From an uncultured Phycisphaerales bacterium (GTDB lineage: Bacteria > Planctomycetota > Phycisphaerae > Tepidisphaerales > Tepidisphaeraceae), in contig CAVWVQ010000003.1 of assembly GCA_963758525.1 (NCBI GenBank), positions 1,408,001-1,472,000 on the forward strand: 64,000 bases of DNA, in the 5' to 3' direction. Shown piece after piece: positions 62,899 to 64,000 of the stretch. The notes beneath the pieces are model-generated. The model saw only the letters and a list, made by a program, of their open reading frames with translations. It had not been told where the DNA came from and did no database searches. The position numbers and the translations under genes were made by a program. The first letter of the stretch is position 1. Every line of letters begins with the position of its first letter.

Positions 62899-63984
62899 AT
62901 GGCTACCATTGGAACTGTGAAAAAGGGAGGCAACCGTCGCCGTCGGCATCGGAAAGAACGTTGGATGCTCAGACGAGCGCAGCGGCATTTTAGAAAGCGC
63001 AGTCAAGCGGCCAGTAAGTCGCACGTCGCAAAATGGCGCGCGAGTGCAGACGCACGCAAGAGCGTAACCGTCGGAAGCGACAAGGGGCTCTTGATAATGC
63101 TGCCGCAGAGATTGGATTTTGAGGAGAATTACGAATCGACCGTTGAACACTTTAGAATCTTGCGCGATGCAACGCGCAGACGGTTGCGGGTCAGGAAACT
63201 GCAATTCGATGAGATAGAATTCATCTCGCCGGCAGCCGCGTTGGTGCTTGCCAGCGAAGTTGATCGATGGAATCAGTCGGTGGGCGGACGGCTACGGGCG
63301 GACGTAAGCTCCTGGAATGTGGATATCAGGCGACTTTTGTGCGAAATGGGGTTTTTCGAACTGCTAAAGTTGCCTCGCCCGCAGGTCGCGCCGTCAAAAA
63401 ACACCGTAACATTCTTAAATTTCATATCTGGAGAATCGGGGGTAGGAGATACCGGAAAGCTGGCACAGCAGCTCCGCATCAACATCGAAGCTATTGTTGA
63501 GAAAGGAATTCGGAGACGGTATCTATTCGAGGGACTGTCGGAGGCGATCACCAACGTCAGTCAGCATGCATACCCCAACTCGTTTAATCAACACAAAAAG
63601 CAGTGGTGGGTCTCGGCGTCTTTTGATAAGCAGCATCACGAATTGTATGTGATGTTCTACGATCAGGGTGCCGGAATCCCGAAAACACTTCCCAGCTCCG
63701 AGTTTTTCGAATCGATGAGGAGCTTATTTGGACGGTGGTCAGATTCTCAAAAGATTCAGGCTGCGATGGAGTACGGTAGAAGTGCTACCGGCAAGACCGA
63801 AAGAGGAAAAGGGCTGAGCAATCTCGTAGAATTTGCCAAGGTGCATGAGCAGGGTCGCCTATCGATCTACAGCCAACGAGGGCTTTTTCGTATTGCGCAC
63901 AAGGATCTCCAACAGGTGAACGATCGACGGGACCATAAGAATTCAATCGGCGGCACGCTCATCGAGTGGTCTGTTAAGTTGTAG
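62899..63984 (+). CDS. STAS-like domain fused to a histidine-kinase-like ATPase (GHKL)
   Basis: FDEIEFISPAAAL; LSEAITNVSQHAY (N box), YDQGAGI (G1), GRSAT..RGKGL (G2), GGTLIEW. Confidence 0.82.
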   Translation: MATIGTVKKGGNRRRRHRKERWMLRRAQRHFRKRSQAASKSHVAKWRASADARKSVTVGSDKGLLIMLPQRLDFEENYESTVEHFRILRDATRRRLRVRKLQFDEIEFISPAAALVLASEVDRWNQSVGGRLRADVSSWNVDIRRLLCEMGFFELLKLPRPQVAPSKNTVTFLNFISGESGVGDTGKLAQQLRINIEAIVEKGIRRRYLFEGLSEAITNVSQHAYPNSFNQHKKQWWVSASFDKQHHELYVMFYDQGAGIPKTLPSSEFFESMRSLFGRWSDSQKIQAAMEYGRSATGKTERGKGLSNLVEFAKVHEQGRLSIYSQRGLFRIAHKDLQQVNDRRDHKNSIGGTLIEWSVKL

Positions 63985-64000
63985 GGATGATGTCATGAAA

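Larger units (their letters stand above)
15978..64000. mobile_element. Genomic island, right end probably outside the window
   Basis: att-like tRNA fragment, visibly lower GC, primase/helicase, recombinase, IS, defence-type genes, no housekeeping genes. Confidence 0.75.

Overview
Bacterial DNA, probably Planctomycetota (Phycisphaerae/Tepidisphaerales-like). That is inferred from an LEPR-xLL-type secretion motif, an integrase-tail peptide and several families I associate with planctomycetes. Bases 1-15.9 kb are GC-rich host chromosome: DUF72, GH16, a secreted protein with an internal duplication, truncated MFS and catalase genes, emrAB, REP-like repeats and a moaA-moaD-moaE-moeA-moaC-mog-modA-modB operon. 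At 15978-16001 a 3' fragment of tRNA-Gly (att-like) marks the start of a genomic island that appears to run past the window end. The island holds candidate defence cargo (PRTase-GNAT plus a small Cys protein; cyclase-like plus PIN-like genes; a SNF2/DUF1156/DUF499 restriction-like system; STAS-HATPase). It also holds a satellite-like primase/helicase module, a serine recombinase-ParB-ParB module, a complete ISKra4-like IS with an 8-bp target duplication and a cluster of secreted paralogues. The most striking unexplained structure is two families of palindromic, iteron-like elements: five type A (CCCGCCATT) and three type B (ACTACCGTC). They sit at module boundaries and bracket a tandemly duplicated, divergently transcribed pair of an AbrB-domain gene and an HExxH metalloprotease gene. 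Many frameshifts, often in GC-dinucleotide runs, look like sequencing errors. All family calls come from motif recognition by eye; no searches were run.
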